Source: an uncultured Spirochaetota bacterium (GTDB lineage Bacteria > Spirochaetota > Brevinematia > Brevinematales > JAOACQ01). From it: a stretch of DNA of 64,000 nt. This document shows, one piece after another, positions 15,265-23,482 of the stretch. The stretch covers positions 198,141-262,140 of the forward strand of contig CAWIGG010000002.1 of NCBI GenBank assembly GCA_963835575.1. Direction: 5' to 3'. Within the stretch, counting starts at the first letter, position 1; every line of letters begins with the position of its first letter. The notes under the pieces are model-generated. The model was given only the letters and a program-made list of their open reading frames with translations. It searched no databases and was not told where the DNA came from. The position numbers and the translations under genes were made by a program.

Positions 15265-17826
15265 ATGAAAAAAGCTGTTATGCTTTTTCTGGTTCTTTCA
15301 ATTTTTGCATTTTTTTGGATGTTTTCATGCAGTGTTATGCCTGGAGGTAAAGGCAATAATGTAATCAGTCATGGTACAGATTCCAGGGCAACCAGCTTCA
15401 ATTATGCCGATGCCTTCTCCAAAGCCATCATGTTTTATGAGGCGAGCTGGTGCGGGCCTGACGCGGGATCCAACCGGCTGCCTTGGAGGGCGGCATGCCA
15501 CACGAGCGACGGCGCGGATGTCGGGCTGGATTTGACCGGCGGTTTTCATGACTGCGGCGACCATGTCAAGTTCGGTCTGACACAGGTCTACTCGGCCGCG
15601 ACACTGGGCTGGGCTTATTATGAATACAAGGATGTTTTCACGGCTAAAGGCCAGGACGGCTATCTGTTGAGGATATTAAAGCATTTTACGGATTATTTCC
15701 TGAAGTGCTACCCGAATGCAACGACCTTTTACTACCAGTGCGGCGAAGGAAATTCAGACCATATCTACTGGGGCCCGCCGGAACTGCAGACTACCGCTAT
15801 TACGCCGAGGCCCACTCAATATGTTGCCAATACTTCTACACCAGCGTCGGATGTCACGGCTACCGCTGCGGCAGCCCTGGCTCTGATGTATATGAACTAT
15901 CTGGATAAAGACTCGGCTTATGCCAATAAATGCCTGACTGCGGCTAAAAGCCTCTATACTTTTGCTAAAACCTATCTGGGCTTAAGCCAGAGCGGCGGAT
16001 TTTATACTTCCAGCGGCTACTGGGACGATCTCTGCTGGGGGGCTGTCTGGCTTTATACGGCAACAACAAACAGCAGTTATCTGAATGATGTGAATACTTT
16101 CCTCTCCAATAAAAATATCACCGATTCGAGCCCCTACAATAATCACTGGACCCACTGCTGGGACGATCAATGGGGAGGGGTATTTTTAAAACTGTCCCAG
16201 ATAACCAACAGGCCTCTGTTCAAATTCATAGTCGAGGATAACCTGAGCTACTGGATGACCAATGTGGCCAGAACACCTGCCGGTTTTTGCTATTTTAATT
16301 CATGGGGAAACTGCAGATATGTGGCCGCGGAATGCATGCTGGCGCTTGTCTATTATAAATCCACAACAAATCAGGCGTATCTTGATTTTGCCAAATCGCA
16401 GATAGATTATATTCTGGGCAATAATCCGAATGGCTTTTCATGCGAAGTGGGCTTTGGGAACAACTATCCGCACTTTCCTCACCACCGTGCGGCCAGCGGA
16501 CGGTTTGAGTATCCGCCTGCAAATGAATCCTCGAAAGATCCGGAAAGGCACCTGCTTTACGGAGCGCTTCCAGGCGGCCCCTCAGACGGCAGCGATAACT
16601 ATGTGGATGATATAAGCCAGTACGCGAGCACCGAGGTCGGTATTGATTATAACGCCGGATTTGTGGGAGCTCTGGCCGGGATAGTCCAGCTTTACGGCAT
16701 GTCGCAGACCCCGGAAGCCACACCCGGCATAGAAACCAATGCACAGTATTATGTTACTGCCTATATATCGGAGGAGAATAATACGCATTCAACGGTCATG
16801 GCCTATCTGAATAATATTTCAGTCCTTCCGCCGCATTATGAGACAAATCTTTCTTTCAGATATTTTGTGAATTTAAGCGAGTACACCAATCCGACCAGCG
16901 CCGTGACCGCTTCTCTCTGGTGGGCGCCGTCGAACGCTGTCATCTCGGCACTGCAGCCATGGGATACTGCGAACAGTGTTTATTATGTGGAACTCAAAGC
17001 CACGGGCATGCCGATGTACGGCCCAATTCCTTTTGAATTTGCGGTGAATGCGTATTCCTATTCCTGCTGGAACCCTTCCAATGATTATTCTAGGACAGGA
17101 CTGACCACTTCCACCAACAGCGTCATTACCACTTATATCCCGGTATACAGGAACGGGGTTCTGATATTCGGTAATGAACCTCCGAAAGGCGGTTCATCCA
17201 GCAGTACGGCGTCTTCAACTGCTGTCAGCTCGAGCCGGGCCGCATCCTCAATAGCAGCAAGCTCGAGCCTGGCTGCGTCCAGCGTAGCTTCTTCCGCGGC
17301 AGTAAGCTCCAGCCGGTCCAGTGCGGCATCTTCAACGGCGGTCAGTTCGAGCAGATCGAGCGTTGCATCTTCAACTGCCGTCAGCTCGAGCCGGGCCGCA
17401 TCCAGTGCGGCTTCAAGTGTTGCCTCCTCGGTTGCTGTGAGTTCCAGCCGGGCCGCAAGTGTCGCTTCCAGCGTCGCGGCTTCCAGTTCGGCAGCCTCAT
17501 CAGGCGGTTACGCTGTTAATTATACGGTTAATAACGACTGGGGCGCCGGAGCCACAGTTACGGTAACAATGAAGAACAATTCCGCTTCGGCCCTTTCGAG
17601 CTGGTCTCTTGTTTGGACATATGCAGGCAATCAACAGATCACCCAGATCTGGAGCGCCACGCAGACAACCAGCGGCGAGACAGTTACGGCCGTCAATCTC
17701 AGCTATAACGGCACGATCGGGGCAAACGGAGGGACACAGTCCTTCGGCTTTAACATGAGCTACAGCGGATCGAATGCCAAACCGACGGCTTTTACGCTGA
17801 ACGGGACGGCATGTACGACCTATTAG
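15265..17826 (+). CDS. GH9 endoglucanase - CBM3c - Ser linker - CBM2-like; lipoprotein
   Basis: AGGAGG RBS. Signal ending MFSC|S. Same GH9/CBM3c motifs as 12424 (GGFHDCGDHVKFG, YASTEVGIDYNAG, LSFRYFVNLSEY). Confidence 0.9.
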   Translation: MKKAVMLFLVLSIFAFFWMFSCSVMPGGKGNNVISHGTDSRATSFNYADAFSKAIMFYEASWCGPDAGSNRLPWRAACHTSDGADVGLDLTGGFHDCGDHVKFGLTQVYSAATLGWAYYEYKDVFTAKGQDGYLLRILKHFTDYFLKCYPNATTFYYQCGEGNSDHIYWGPPELQTTAITPRPTQYVANTSTPASDVTATAAAALALMYMNYLDKDSAYANKCLTAAKSLYTFAKTYLGLSQSGGFYTSSGYWDDLCWGAVWLYTATTNSSYLNDVNTFLSNKNITDSSPYNNHWTHCWDDQWGGVFLKLSQITNRPLFKFIVEDNLSYWMTNVARTPAGFCYFNSWGNCRYVAAECMLALVYYKSTTNQAYLDFAKSQIDYILGNNPNGFSCEVGFGNNYPHFPHHRAASGRFEYPPANESSKDPERHLLYGALPGGPSDGSDNYVDDISQYASTEVGIDYNAGFVGALAGIVQLYGMSQTPEATPGIETNAQYYVTAYISEENNTHSTVMAYLNNISVLPPHYETNLSFRYFVNLSEYTNPTSAVTASLWWAPSNAVISALQPWDTANSVYYVELKATGMPMYGPIPFEFAVNAYSYSCWNPSNDYSRTGLTTSTNSVITTYIPVYRNGVLIFGNEPPKGGSSSSTASSTAVSSSRAASSIAASSSLAASSVASSAAVSSSRSSAASSTAVSSSRSSVASSTAVSSSRAASSAASSVASSVAVSSSRAASVASSVAASSSAASSGGYAVNYTVNNDWGAGATVTVTMKNNSASALSSWSLVWTYAGNQQITQIWSATQTTSGETVTAVNLSYNGTIGANGGTQSFGFNMSYSGSNAKPTAFTLNGTACTTY
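17194..17502 (+). repeat. Ser-rich linker-coding degenerate tandem repeat
   Basis: SSSSTASSTAVSSSRAASSIAASSSLAASS... Confidence 0.8.
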
Positions 17827-17874
17827 GTGATCGGTCAGAAATGAAATATAAGAAATAATTTCAAAGGAGGATTT

Positions 17875-19845
17875 GTGAAAAATTCAAAATTCGCTTTGCT
17901 TTCAGGATTGATGCTATTGGTACTTCCATTATGTTTGACATGCAGCCTGAATATGTCAGGTAACAATGACAAAGGCGCCATTTCTGAAACAAGCGTGAAA
18001 AAAGCGACCACAGGTTTCTCCATCAGCGGCAGGAATCTGATTGACGCCAATGGCAATCAGTTCATTTTAAGAGGTATTGCCCATGCGCATGTCTGGTATG
18101 AGAGCCAGATTACCAATGCTTTGAGCGGCATCAAAAGCGTGGGTGCCAACTGCGTCAGGATTGTCCTGGGCTGCGGAGTCCAGTGGGGCCCGAATACAGC
18201 CGCCGATGTGTCCAATGTGATCGCATTATGCAAGGCAAACAGGCTGATCGGAATACTCGAAGTGCATGATACCACCGGTTACGGGGATGCCTCAGCGGCA
18301 TGCAGCCTGGCCACGGCGGTGACATACTGGCAGTCGATCAAGAGCGTCCTGGACGGACAGGAAAAATACATCATTATCAATATCGGGAATGAGCCGTACG
18401 GCAACAACAATGTCGCCAACTGGGTCGCTGATACGGAGAACGCTATTAAATCGATGAGAAGCGCCGGGTTCCAGCATACGCTGATGGTAGATGCTCCAAA
18501 TTGGGGGCAGGATTACTCTTTTATGATGCTGACCAATGCCACAGCGGTGTTTAATTCCGATGTGAACAAGAATACGATTCTCTCGGTACATATGTATGAA
18601 GTTTATCAAACCATCACACCCATTACAAATTATATAACTCAATTTATGGCCTTGAATCTTCCCCTTGTGATCGGCGAGTTTGGATGTTCAAATAACGGGC
18701 AATATGTGGATGCGGCCGATGTCATGGCGACAGCACAGTCGCAGGGAATCGGCTACATGGCCTGGTCCTGGTGTGGGAACAGCTCCCCAGTTCTGGATAT
18801 GGTCGTTAATTGGGATGCCAGCCAGTTGACGAGCTGGGGAAATATGGCGATTAACGGTGCCAACGGCATTAAAGCCACTGCTAAAGAATGCACGGTATTC
18901 AGCGGTGTATCATCCAGTTCGGTTTCCAGTATTTCGTCCGCCGTGAGCTCCAGCCGCTCGAGTGTCGCATCTTCAGTGGCTGTGAGTTCGAGCCTGTCCA
19001 GTATTGCTTCTTCAGTTGCTGTCAGCTCCAGCCAGGCGAGCAGTATAGCCAGTTCCGCTTCATCCTCAGTCCAGTATCAGAATATTACTCTTCCGTTCAG
19101 CTTTGACGGCGCGGGAGAATTATACTGGCAGACAAGCGGTACGATCACCAGCATGAATTCCTGGAATCTTGATGCGCTGGATGTGAATGGGACAAGCTTT
19201 AAAAATGTGTATGTCGCCGGAAGCAGCCTGCCCGCGAAACAGAATGGATACTACTACATTCACTATAAGGGGTCATATTCCTATAGTCATGTTGAAATTG
19301 CCGGCACATCAGGATCGGTGAGCAGCAGTTCGATAGCTGTCAGTTCCAGCCCGGCAAGCAGTGTCGCTTCTTCAATAGCGGCAAGCTCCAGCCGTGCAGC
19401 CTCTTCAATAGCAGCTAGCTCTAGCAGATCGAGTATTGCATCTTCAGTAGCAGTCAGCTCAAGCCTGGCCGCATCCAGTGTCGCTTCCAGTGCGGCATCG
19501 AGCACGGCTTCCAGCACAAGCGGCGGGTATGCAGTGAATTATACCGTCAATAATGACTGGGGCGCGGGCGCCACAGTCACGGTAACCATAAAGAACAATT
19601 CCGCAACGGCCCTTTCGAGCTGGTCTCTTGTCTGGACATTTGCGGGCAATCAGCAGATCACTCAGATCTGGAGCGCCACGCAGACAACCAGCGGCGCGAC
19701 CGTTACTGCGAATAGTTTAACTTATAACGGCGCGATCGGCGCGAACGGCGGGACGCAGAGTTTCGGCTTCAATTTGAACTACAGCGGCTCGAACGCCAAA
19801 CCGACGTCGTTTACTCTAAACGGGACGGCATGTACGCTCTATTAG
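17875..19845 (+). CDS. GH5 (subfamily-8-like) beta-mannanase - linker - X module - linker - CBM2-like; lipoprotein
   Basis: GTG start 5 nt after AAGGAGG, 48 nt after the previous stop (operonic). Signal ending LTC|S. FILRGIAHAHVWY, GANCVRIVL, ILEVHDTTG, INIGNEPYG, MVDAPNWGQD, VIGEFG. Confidence 0.8.
   Translation: MKNSKFALLSGLMLLVLPLCLTCSLNMSGNNDKGAISETSVKKATTGFSISGRNLIDANGNQFILRGIAHAHVWYESQITNALSGIKSVGANCVRIVLGCGVQWGPNTAADVSNVIALCKANRLIGILEVHDTTGYGDASAACSLATAVTYWQSIKSVLDGQEKYIIINIGNEPYGNNNVANWVADTENAIKSMRSAGFQHTLMVDAPNWGQDYSFMMLTNATAVFNSDVNKNTILSVHMYEVYQTITPITNYITQFMALNLPLVIGEFGCSNNGQYVDAADVMATAQSQGIGYMAWSWCGNSSPVLDMVVNWDASQLTSWGNMAINGANGIKATAKECTVFSGVSSSSVSSISSAVSSSRSSVASSVAVSSSLSSIASSVAVSSSQASSIASSASSSVQYQNITLPFSFDGAGELYWQTSGTITSMNSWNLDALDVNGTSFKNVYVAGSSLPAKQNGYYYIHYKGSYSYSHVEIAGTSGSVSSSSIAVSSSPASSVASSIAASSSRAASSIAASSSRSSIASSVAVSSSLAASSVASSAASSTASSTSGGYAVNYTVNNDWGAGATVTVTIKNNSATALSSWSLVWTFAGNQQITQIWSATQTTSGATVTANSLTYNGAIGANGGTQSFGFNLNYSGSNAKPTSFTLNGTACTLY
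18907..19068 (+). repeat. Ser-rich linker-coding repeat (linker 1)
   Basis: SSSSVSSISSAVSSSRSSVASSVAVSSSLSS... Confidence 0.75.
19069..19305 (+). other. Unassigned ~80-aa X module (putative carbohydrate-binding)
   Basis: VQYQNITLPFSFDGAGELYWQTSGTITSMNSWNLDALDVNGTSFKNVYVAGSSLPAKQNGYYYIHYKGSYSYSHVEIAG, bracketed by two linkers. Recurs at 34548 and 36720. Confidence 0.6.
19306..19521 (+). repeat. Ser-rich linker-coding repeat (linker 2)
   Basis: TSGSVSSSSIAVSSSPASSVASSIAASSSRAASS... Confidence 0.8.
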
Positions 19846-19905
19846 GAATAGGAATGCGTCAGCATGATCGCCAAAAATTTTGATGCGGTAAAATAATATT
19901 GAATC

Positions 19906-19945
19906 ATCCTCCCTCCGGATTTCGGAGGGAGGATTTTTTATTTTA
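19906..19945 (+). terminator. Rho-independent terminator
   Basis: ATCCTCCCTCCG-gattt-CGGAGGGAGGAT + TTTTTA. Near-duplicate of the terminator at 23446. Confidence 0.8.
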
Positions 19946-20019
19946 ATAATCTTCATGATTTTATAGAAATGTATCCCTGGTATCTGCGTCTTTTCATGTT
20001 ATTATTATTTTTTTAAATA

Positions 20020-20047
20020 TTGCATTTTTTTTAAACAGGTATATAAT
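20020..20047 (+). promoter_or_regulatory. Sigma-70-like promoter candidate for the sensor kinase gene
   Basis: TTGCAT (20020-20025), 16-nt spacer, TATAAT (20042-20047), 20 nt before TTG start 20067. Confidence 0.4.
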
Positions 20048-20066
20048 TAAGTAACTGGGGGTTCGT

Positions 20067-22460
20067 TTGGAAACTAAACAAAATCCCGGTAAAAAGGCGC
20101 TTCCCATATTGTTTACATTAGCGGGTTGTCTAATCCCTGTTTTTATTATTTTGATAGTCTATTCTATATACCGCATTCCGGAAAAAGATAAATCCAGCAT
20201 AATTCAATTGACCGGTGTCTGGAAAATTCAGGAAGGTTTAAACCCGGATTGGACCAGGCCGGGCCTGGATGATTCAGGCTGGAAAGAAATCAAATTACCC
20301 GGAAGCTTTTATAACCAGGGCTTTCATGAAAAGTACCTGACATTAAGAAAAGATTTTACTTTAAATACAAATATGGAAAACCAGGACCTGTTTTTATTCA
20401 TCGGCGGCACCGGCGGTTCAATGGGTATGGTTTATATGAACGGATTTAAAATCGGCGAAATCGGAATGATTGTGAACGGCAGAAAGACACAGGGGGCCGA
20501 TGAAAAATTCGGGTTTTATATTAATAAACATAATATCTTAAACGGGGCGGCCGATGTTAAAAATACAATCAGCATTGAATTTGATACTATAACGCCGAGC
20601 TATGACGGTGTGCAGGACCCAAGGATCCTTCTGGGTACCTACAATAGTTTAAGATCATATTATGAGAAAAATATTTCGGCAAGTTTGTTTTTTCAATACG
20701 GGATCATATTTACCGGCATATTTGCCCTGATCATTTTATTTTTACTTTTGATGACTGAATGGGGATCACCCAACCGCAATAAATATGTTTCTACCATATT
20801 CTTTGTGTTTTCGGCAATTTTATATAATTTATTTTTTACGAATGTTTTTGTCAGATATGTTTTTGATACAATATTACTATCCAAATTATTAATTTTATCG
20901 ATTGTTTTTTTATGCCCGGCAACCCTGGATTATGTCCAGTATTTCTTTACCAATAAGACGAATATATTGTCAAAAATAAACAGAGTGGTTTGTTTGCTTG
21001 TTGTTGTAATGGTTTTTGCCATTCAGGATTTTGTCATAGTCAAATTGATCCATGGCTATTTTATCATGTACTTTTTTGTTGTAATTGTATATATATGTGC
21101 CTTTTGTGTGGCCCATACTCTTAAAGCCCGGGAAAAGTACAATGCCGTTGTTATTACTGTTTCGATTATAATCGGCGCGGTTTCAGGTATTTCCGACCTG
21201 TTGACCAACTTGGGATTGATTCATATGCCGCTTTTATTCAGCATTACCATTTCCATTTTTATTGTGATGAGCGCCATGGTGATTATCGCTGATTTTATAA
21301 AGATCAGCGATTATAATAAAACACTTTCTCTGGAATTGAGCCAGTTGAACGTGAACCTTGAAGCCAAGGTTTCTGAAAGGACAAAGGAATTGAGCCAGGC
21401 CAATGAAAAACTGAAGAAGCTGGATACTGTTAAAAACGATTTTATTGCCAATATTACCCACGATTTCCGGTCTCCTCTCACAGTCATACTGAATACGGCG
21501 GATTTAAACTTAAAAGAACACAAAGACAATCCTTATAAAAGTGAATTTGAAATGATACTGTCTTCTTCCTACCGCATGAAAAATTATATTGACCGGCTTC
21601 TGGATTTAGCGAAGATGGATGCGGGGGCCATAAAACTAAAAATCAGAAAAACAGATATTGTACAATTTTTAGAAACAATCGCAAGTTATTATCAATCGGC
21701 GATAATAAATACCAACATCAAAATTATAACCAGTTTTCCTGAAATTCCGGTGGAAAATTTTTATACTGACGAGGAAAAATTGGATGAGGTAATCAGCAAT
21801 ATCCTGTCCAATGCGATCAAATATGTCAGTATTGAAAACGGGATTATAGAAATTGAGGTGAGAGATGAACCGGATACGGTCCTGATTATTATATCAGACA
21901 ATGGCATAGGAATACCTGAAGATAAACTGGAATTTATTTTTGAGAGGTTTGAACAGCTGGAAAGCGGGAGAAATACAAAATTCAGCGGGAGCGGGATCGG
22001 TCTTGCTTTTGCAAAACAGCTGGTGGAATTTATGAAAGGAAAAATATGGGCGGAATCGGGAGGTGAAAATAAGGGCTCCAGATTTATGATCAGGCTGCCG
22101 AGAGGCAAAGCCGCTTTTGATGATCAAGAAATTTCAACCGAATCAATGAAAGCGACATCCTTATCCCGTTTCAAGAAATTGGTAGAGTATGATATCGGTA
22201 GAAAAATTCAAAAAGAAGAACTGGAATTTTATATCAAGGAAAGAAATAAAGAAAACGAATTTGTCCTCAAAAAAAGCGTGATATTAATAATTGACGATGA
22301 AAAATCAATCGCCGGAATCGTGATGAACTATCTTCTAATCAATGGATTTGAAAACTTTATTATCGCTAATAACGGTAAAACCGGCCTGAAAGCCGTGTAT
22401 CAATACACGCCGGATGTCATATTGTGCGATTATAACATGCCCGGGGCTCACGGGCAGTGA
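20067..22460 (+). CDS. Sensor histidine kinase (7TMR-DISMED2-like sensor + 7 TM + HisKA + HATPase_c) with N-terminal half of a receiver domain; 5' part of a frameshifted hybrid gene
   Basis: TTG start. Extracytoplasmic LTGVWKIQEGLNPDWTRPGLDDSGWKEIKLPGSF...LTLRKDFTL. Multiple TM helices. H-box ANITHDFRSPLT. DNGIGIP, GSGIGLAFAKQLV. REC start VILIIDDEKS...DVILCDYNMPG, then a premature stop. Confidence 0.8.
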   Translation: METKQNPGKKALPILFTLAGCLIPVFIILIVYSIYRIPEKDKSSIIQLTGVWKIQEGLNPDWTRPGLDDSGWKEIKLPGSFYNQGFHEKYLTLRKDFTLNTNMENQDLFLFIGGTGGSMGMVYMNGFKIGEIGMIVNGRKTQGADEKFGFYINKHNILNGAADVKNTISIEFDTITPSYDGVQDPRILLGTYNSLRSYYEKNISASLFFQYGIIFTGIFALIILFLLLMTEWGSPNRNKYVSTIFFVFSAILYNLFFTNVFVRYVFDTILLSKLLILSIVFLCPATLDYVQYFFTNKTNILSKINRVVCLLVVVMVFAIQDFVIVKLIHGYFIMYFFVVIVYICAFCVAHTLKAREKYNAVVITVSIIIGAVSGISDLLTNLGLIHMPLLFSITISIFIVMSAMVIIADFIKISDYNKTLSLELSQLNVNLEAKVSERTKELSQANEKLKKLDTVKNDFIANITHDFRSPLTVILNTADLNLKEHKDNPYKSEFEMILSSSYRMKNYIDRLLDLAKMDAGAIKLKIRKTDIVQFLETIASYYQSAIINTNIKIITSFPEIPVENFYTDEEKLDEVISNILSNAIKYVSIENGIIEIEVRDEPDTVLIIISDNGIGIPEDKLEFIFERFEQLESGRNTKFSGSGIGLAFAKQLVEFMKGKIWAESGGENKGSRFMIRLPRGKAAFDDQEISTESMKATSLSRFKKLVEYDIGRKIQKEELEFYIKERNKENEFVLKKSVILIIDDEKSIAGIVMNYLLINGFENFIIANNGKTGLKAVYQYTPDVILCDYNMPGAHGQ

Positions 22461-23361
22461 AGTTCATGACGCGATAGTTGATAACCCGAAATACAATCAA
22501 ATTCCATTTATATTTTTGTCCGCTGTGGCGGATAGAAATTTAATTATTGAACGCAGGGAAAAAGGGGCAAATGCTTATTTAAAGAAACCGATAGATGAAA
22601 ATGATCTTGTGCTGACGGTAAATCTTCATCTGAAAAAATATTTTGAATATTTAAAAACCCTGGAGCTTGCGGCCATAGATGAACTAACAGGATTATACAA
22701 CAGGCGGGAAATCATCAAGCGGCTGCATGAAGAGCTGGCTGTCAGAAAATTTATGGAATTATCGCTTATATTTTTTGATGTAGACCATTTTAAAGAAATA
22801 AACGACCGGTACGGCCATCCCATCGGCGATCGGGTTTTAAGAACTATAGGAAGAATCATAAAAGGAAACCTCAGGCCCTATGATATATCGGCAAGATATG
22901 GAGGAGATGAGTTTCTGATAATCCTGCCTCAAACAAATTCGGAAAATGCCGTTCGGGTAGCGGAAATATTAAAAAAGAGTTTCGCCGAAGAAAAAATCCT
23001 TCAAAGTGAGAATGTTCTTGCTATTACCTGCAGTTTCGGTATTTCATCACTGATCGGCAACCAGAAAGACCTTGAAAAAGAACTGCATTTGAAGGATTTA
23101 AAAAAGATTTATGAGATAAAAGATTCCGCGAAAGCAGATTGGAAAATGATTCGGGAGACAAAAGAAAAGATTGCCGAAGTTCTAATAAGTTTTGCCGACA
23201 AAGCGCTTTATCAATCAAAAAAAACGGTGTGCGAAGACTGCGGATATTATTCTGAAAAAGAAGAAGATTTTCATAATAACAAATGCCCGAAATGCGGAAG
23301 TAAAAAACTGTCCGGCAGGAATAAAGTCAGTCTGTATTCGCATGATGAAAGCGCTGGTTAA
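22414..23361 (+). CDS. Rest of receiver domain + GGDEF diguanylate cyclase + C-terminal Cys4 zinc ribbon; 3' part of the frameshifted hybrid gene
   Basis: From 22447 reads LTGSEVHDAI...FIFLSAVAD...ANAYLKKP (REC continuation). FFDVDHFKEINDRYGHPIGDRVL, ARYGGDEFLIILP. CEDCGYY...CPKCGSKK. Confidence 0.8.
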   Translation: MSYCAIITCPGLTGSEVHDAIVDNPKYNQIPFIFLSAVADRNLIIERREKGANAYLKKPIDENDLVLTVNLHLKKYFEYLKTLELAAIDELTGLYNRREIIKRLHEELAVRKFMELSLIFFDVDHFKEINDRYGHPIGDRVLRTIGRIIKGNLRPYDISARYGGDEFLIILPQTNSENAVRVAEILKKSFAEEKILQSENVLAITCSFGISSLIGNQKDLEKELHLKDLKKIYEIKDSAKADWKMIRETKEKIAEVLISFADKALYQSKKTVCEDCGYYSEKEEDFHNNKCPKCGSKKLSGRNKVSLYSHDESAG

Positions 23362-23445
23362 AATGTAATATAAGCGACTTTTGATAAAAGAACAAATCAA
23401 AACGGACGTTCGATTTTCAAACAGCATACATAGGAAGTTGAATCA

Positions 23446-23480
23446 TCCTCCCTCCGTAATCCGGAGGGGGGATTTTTTTG
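23446..23480 (+). terminator. Rho-independent terminator (also the group IIC intron insertion site)
   Basis: TCCTCCCTCCG-taat-CCGGAGGGGGGA + TTTTTTTG. The intron 5' GTGCG begins 3 nt later. Confidence 0.8.
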
Positions 23481-23482
23481 TT

